25,937 nt of DNA from a virus. Lineage: Duplodnaviria; Caudoviricetes. The notes under the pieces are model-generated. The model did not search any database and was not told where the DNA came from. It worked only from the letters and a program-made list of their open reading frames with translations. Numbering within the stretch: the first letter of the stretch is position 1; every line of letters starts with the position of its first letter. The stretch spans positions 1 to 25,937 of IMG/VR virus record IMGVR_UViG_3300021197_001451. The stretch is one strand, 5' to 3'. Shown here in pieces: positions 24,447 through 25,937 of this stretch. Made by a program: the position numbers and the translations under genes.

Positions 24447-24491
24447 TCTCTCCTTACATCTTATAATAGCACGGATAGAGTGTATGTCAAG
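24447..24491 (-). promoter_or_regulatory. Sigma70-type promoter + RBS cassette, copy 2
   Basis: CTTGACA-TACACTCTATCCGTGC-TATTAT-AAGATGT-AAGGAGAGA; its TTGACA also supplies the TGA stop of the upstream ORF. Confidence 0.85.
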
Positions 24492-24696
24492 TAAATTTCT
24501 TTTTTGTTTTTGCTCGCTGAACAAGCTGTACATCAGCGGCTCGAACTCGCACTAGGTCCCCATTAGGGTTTATTATTTCTGCGATCTTCATCAGCTTATC
24601 ATATTTTAAGAGCAGACCCATTTTCCAGTCAGTATACTTTTTAGGTTCGACATGCCAGGTACATACCCTGTACCTAATAAGATCACCGTCTCTCAA
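24487..24696 (-). CDS. Small SH3/KOW-like array protein (69 aa)
   Basis: MRDGDLIRY...MGLLL...AEII..NG...DVQLV; TTG start overlapping the upstream TGA. Confidence 0.75.
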   Translation of the reverse strand: MRDGDLIRYRVCTWHVEPKKYTDWKMGLLLKYDKLMKIAEIINPNGDLVRVRAADVQLVQRAKTKKKFT

Positions 24697-24902
24697 GAGC
24701 TAGACACCACTACTATATCTTTTTCGTGGACTTCGTAGATTCCCACTATCTGTTCACTTAGTTCCCAGTCGCTATCACACCACTTTATACTCCAGTATCC
24801 TGGTATACCGTATGGGCCCATCACAAGACCATAGGAGCCTGAGCCTTCTTTATTGAAAATATTGCTCTGCACTAAATCACCTGGCTTTACTTTATATTCC
24901 AT
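24693..24902 (-). CDS. Small SH3/KOW-like array protein (69 aa)
   Basis: VKPGDLVQ...YGLVM...WSIKW...DIVVVS. Confidence 0.8.
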   Translation of the reverse strand: MEYKVKPGDLVQSNIFNKEGSGSYGLVMGPYGIPGYWSIKWCDSDWELSEQIVGIYEVHEKDIVVVSSS

Positions 24903-24927
24903 TGATCACCCCAAAGATCTATATATT

Positions 24928-25937
24928 TTATTCTTCTATCTGACACTGAAAGCGCAAATCAACTCCTCGTAGAATTGGTGTGGCTTCTCGATCGGTAGAC
25001 ACTAAAAAGATTTCTATTTCTGCAAAACGGTGAGGAGGAAGAGCGTTCAAGTCTGCTGGCAATTCGTTTTGCCCATCAGCCGAACTTACCCAGGGACCAA
25101 AGACAGCGAGTGCTGGGTCAGCCAATTCATCTCTGGTCTCTGCTACCTTGATTCTGAATTCTACTCTGGTGTCTGGTGGTAAAGTTGTAGAAGCGTCTAG
25201 AGTCATCCAGTCGGTGTCAAGCTTCTCACATCCCTCAACAATCATTTTATATCCGCCACGAGGAGCCGTGAAGTTTCTTAATCCAAAACCTGTGAAGTCT
25301 GAATAGGTGTAAGGTCCTGAGCCGACTGTCACACGCCGCACATCGTTTGGATTATTGGGATCGATCCGACCCGTGTATCCGCCCGAGGCAACGCCCCAGA
25401 TGAAGCCATTGAAATCTACGCCAGCACCTGTTGTGCCGCCGCCGATGCTGAACTGACCGATGAGTTGCATCGTGTTAACTCTGTAGCCAATCATTCCTGT
25501 TGTGTTGTCGGCAAACCAGATACGCCCTTCAGCGTCAGCGCCTGCTCCTCGCATATAGCAGCGATTAACACCGCAAGATGAATGACGCCAAGCACCACCG
25601 CCAGCCAGTGGATCTTGGATAGGATTACCATTAGCATCACGATAGGGGTCATAGCGATTGACGCCACTATTTTGAGCGCCAACCCAGAGCCTGTTCTCTC
25701 CGTCCATCGTGAAGCCATAAGAACGGGCTGGAACTCCTTGGGGTCGGATTACACCTGATGCTCTGCCAGTTCGGGAGTCAAAACCAGCGATGGTGCCGCC
25801 GCTCAATGTCCCTGACCAAACATAGCCGTTAGAATCTACGACCGCACCATAAGGTGAGTGCCCAATGCTGATTGGGTTTTGAAGACCTGGGCGTCTGATA
25901 AGTGTGCCGTCAGTTCCCTGGATGCCGTAAAATTCTC
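24928..25937 (-). CDS. Beta-propeller (Vgb/NHL-like repeat) protein with C-terminal beta-sandwich-like domain; 5' end outside window
   Basis: The frame is open to the window edge. Repeats PYGAVVDSNGYVW, SYGFTMDGENRLWVG, MRGAGADAEGRIWFA and TTGAGVDFNGFIWGV are followed by GPYTYSDFTG and a C-terminal domain. Confidence 0.75.
   Translation of the reverse strand, partial: EFYGIQGTDGTLIRRPGLQNPISIGHSPYGAVVDSNGYVWSGTLSGGTIAGFDSRTGRASGVIRPQGVPARSYGFTMDGENRLWVGAQNSGVNRYDPYRDANGNPIQDPLAGGGAWRHSSCGVNRCYMRGAGADAEGRIWFADNTTGMIGYRVNTMQLIGQFSIGGGTTGAGVDFNGFIWGVASGGYTGRIDPNNPNDVRRVTVGSGPYTYSDFTGFGLRNFTAPRGGYKMIVEGCEKLDTDWMTLDASTTLPPDTRVEFRIKVAETRDELADPALAVFGPWVSSADGQNELPADLNALPPHRFAEIEIFLVSTDREATPILRGVDLRFQCQIEE

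Noticed and set aside
21263-24902. Diversity-generating retroelement as the source of mini-gene variation
   Set aside because: There is no reverse transcriptase and no template/variable repeat pair differing only at adenines in the window.
22535-24910. Recurrent AAGCCAGGTGAYTTRGT repeats read as a CRISPR array or integron attC sites
   Set aside because: The repeats are short, degenerate, protein-coding, non-palindromic and 150 to over 900 nt apart, and no cas or integrase gene is in the window.
4947-25718. Nested minus-strand alternative-frame ORFs (4947-5132, 9801-9986, 10065-10280, 13822-14082, 25491-25718)
   Set aside because: They are largely or fully embedded in other genes in a different frame, with no convincing protein-like features.
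1-25937. tRNA or other structured RNA genes
   Set aside because: Intergenic gaps are all about 130 nt or shorter and are accounted for by promoters and terminators; no cloverleaf signatures were seen.

Overview
This 25.9 kb window is from a large T4-like (contractile-tailed) dsDNA phage. Essentially every gene lies on the minus strand and uses the standard code with strong Shine-Dalgarno sites. In transcription order (right to left) it begins with a truncated beta-propeller protein. Next comes a 3.6 kb array of 18 tiny ORFs (52-85 aa), 17 of which share an SH3/KOW-like 'xxGDLV...G(L/I)V...VxW...LEV(I/V)' pattern. These ORFs are chained by overlapping stop/start junctions and punctuated by three sigma70-type promoter cassettes, two of them 40/45 identical. 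A pyrimidine-dimer glycosylase-family gene and a putative holin/spanin trio follow. The virion module then runs: TerL, portal, prohead protease, a phage-encoded ribosomal protein bS21, scaffold, major capsid, neck/head-closure/terminator, sheath, tube, gp26-like tail chaperone and the 5' part of the tape measure gene. The most notable signals are the self-chaining mini-gene array, a candidate +1 ribosomal frameshift (TTC TTT TGG C) in the tail chaperone, a recurrent CTATTTA putative late-promoter motif, a hidden 34-aa Cys-rich overlapping ORF before the protease, and bS21. Family calls rest on motif recognition and synteny, not database searches.
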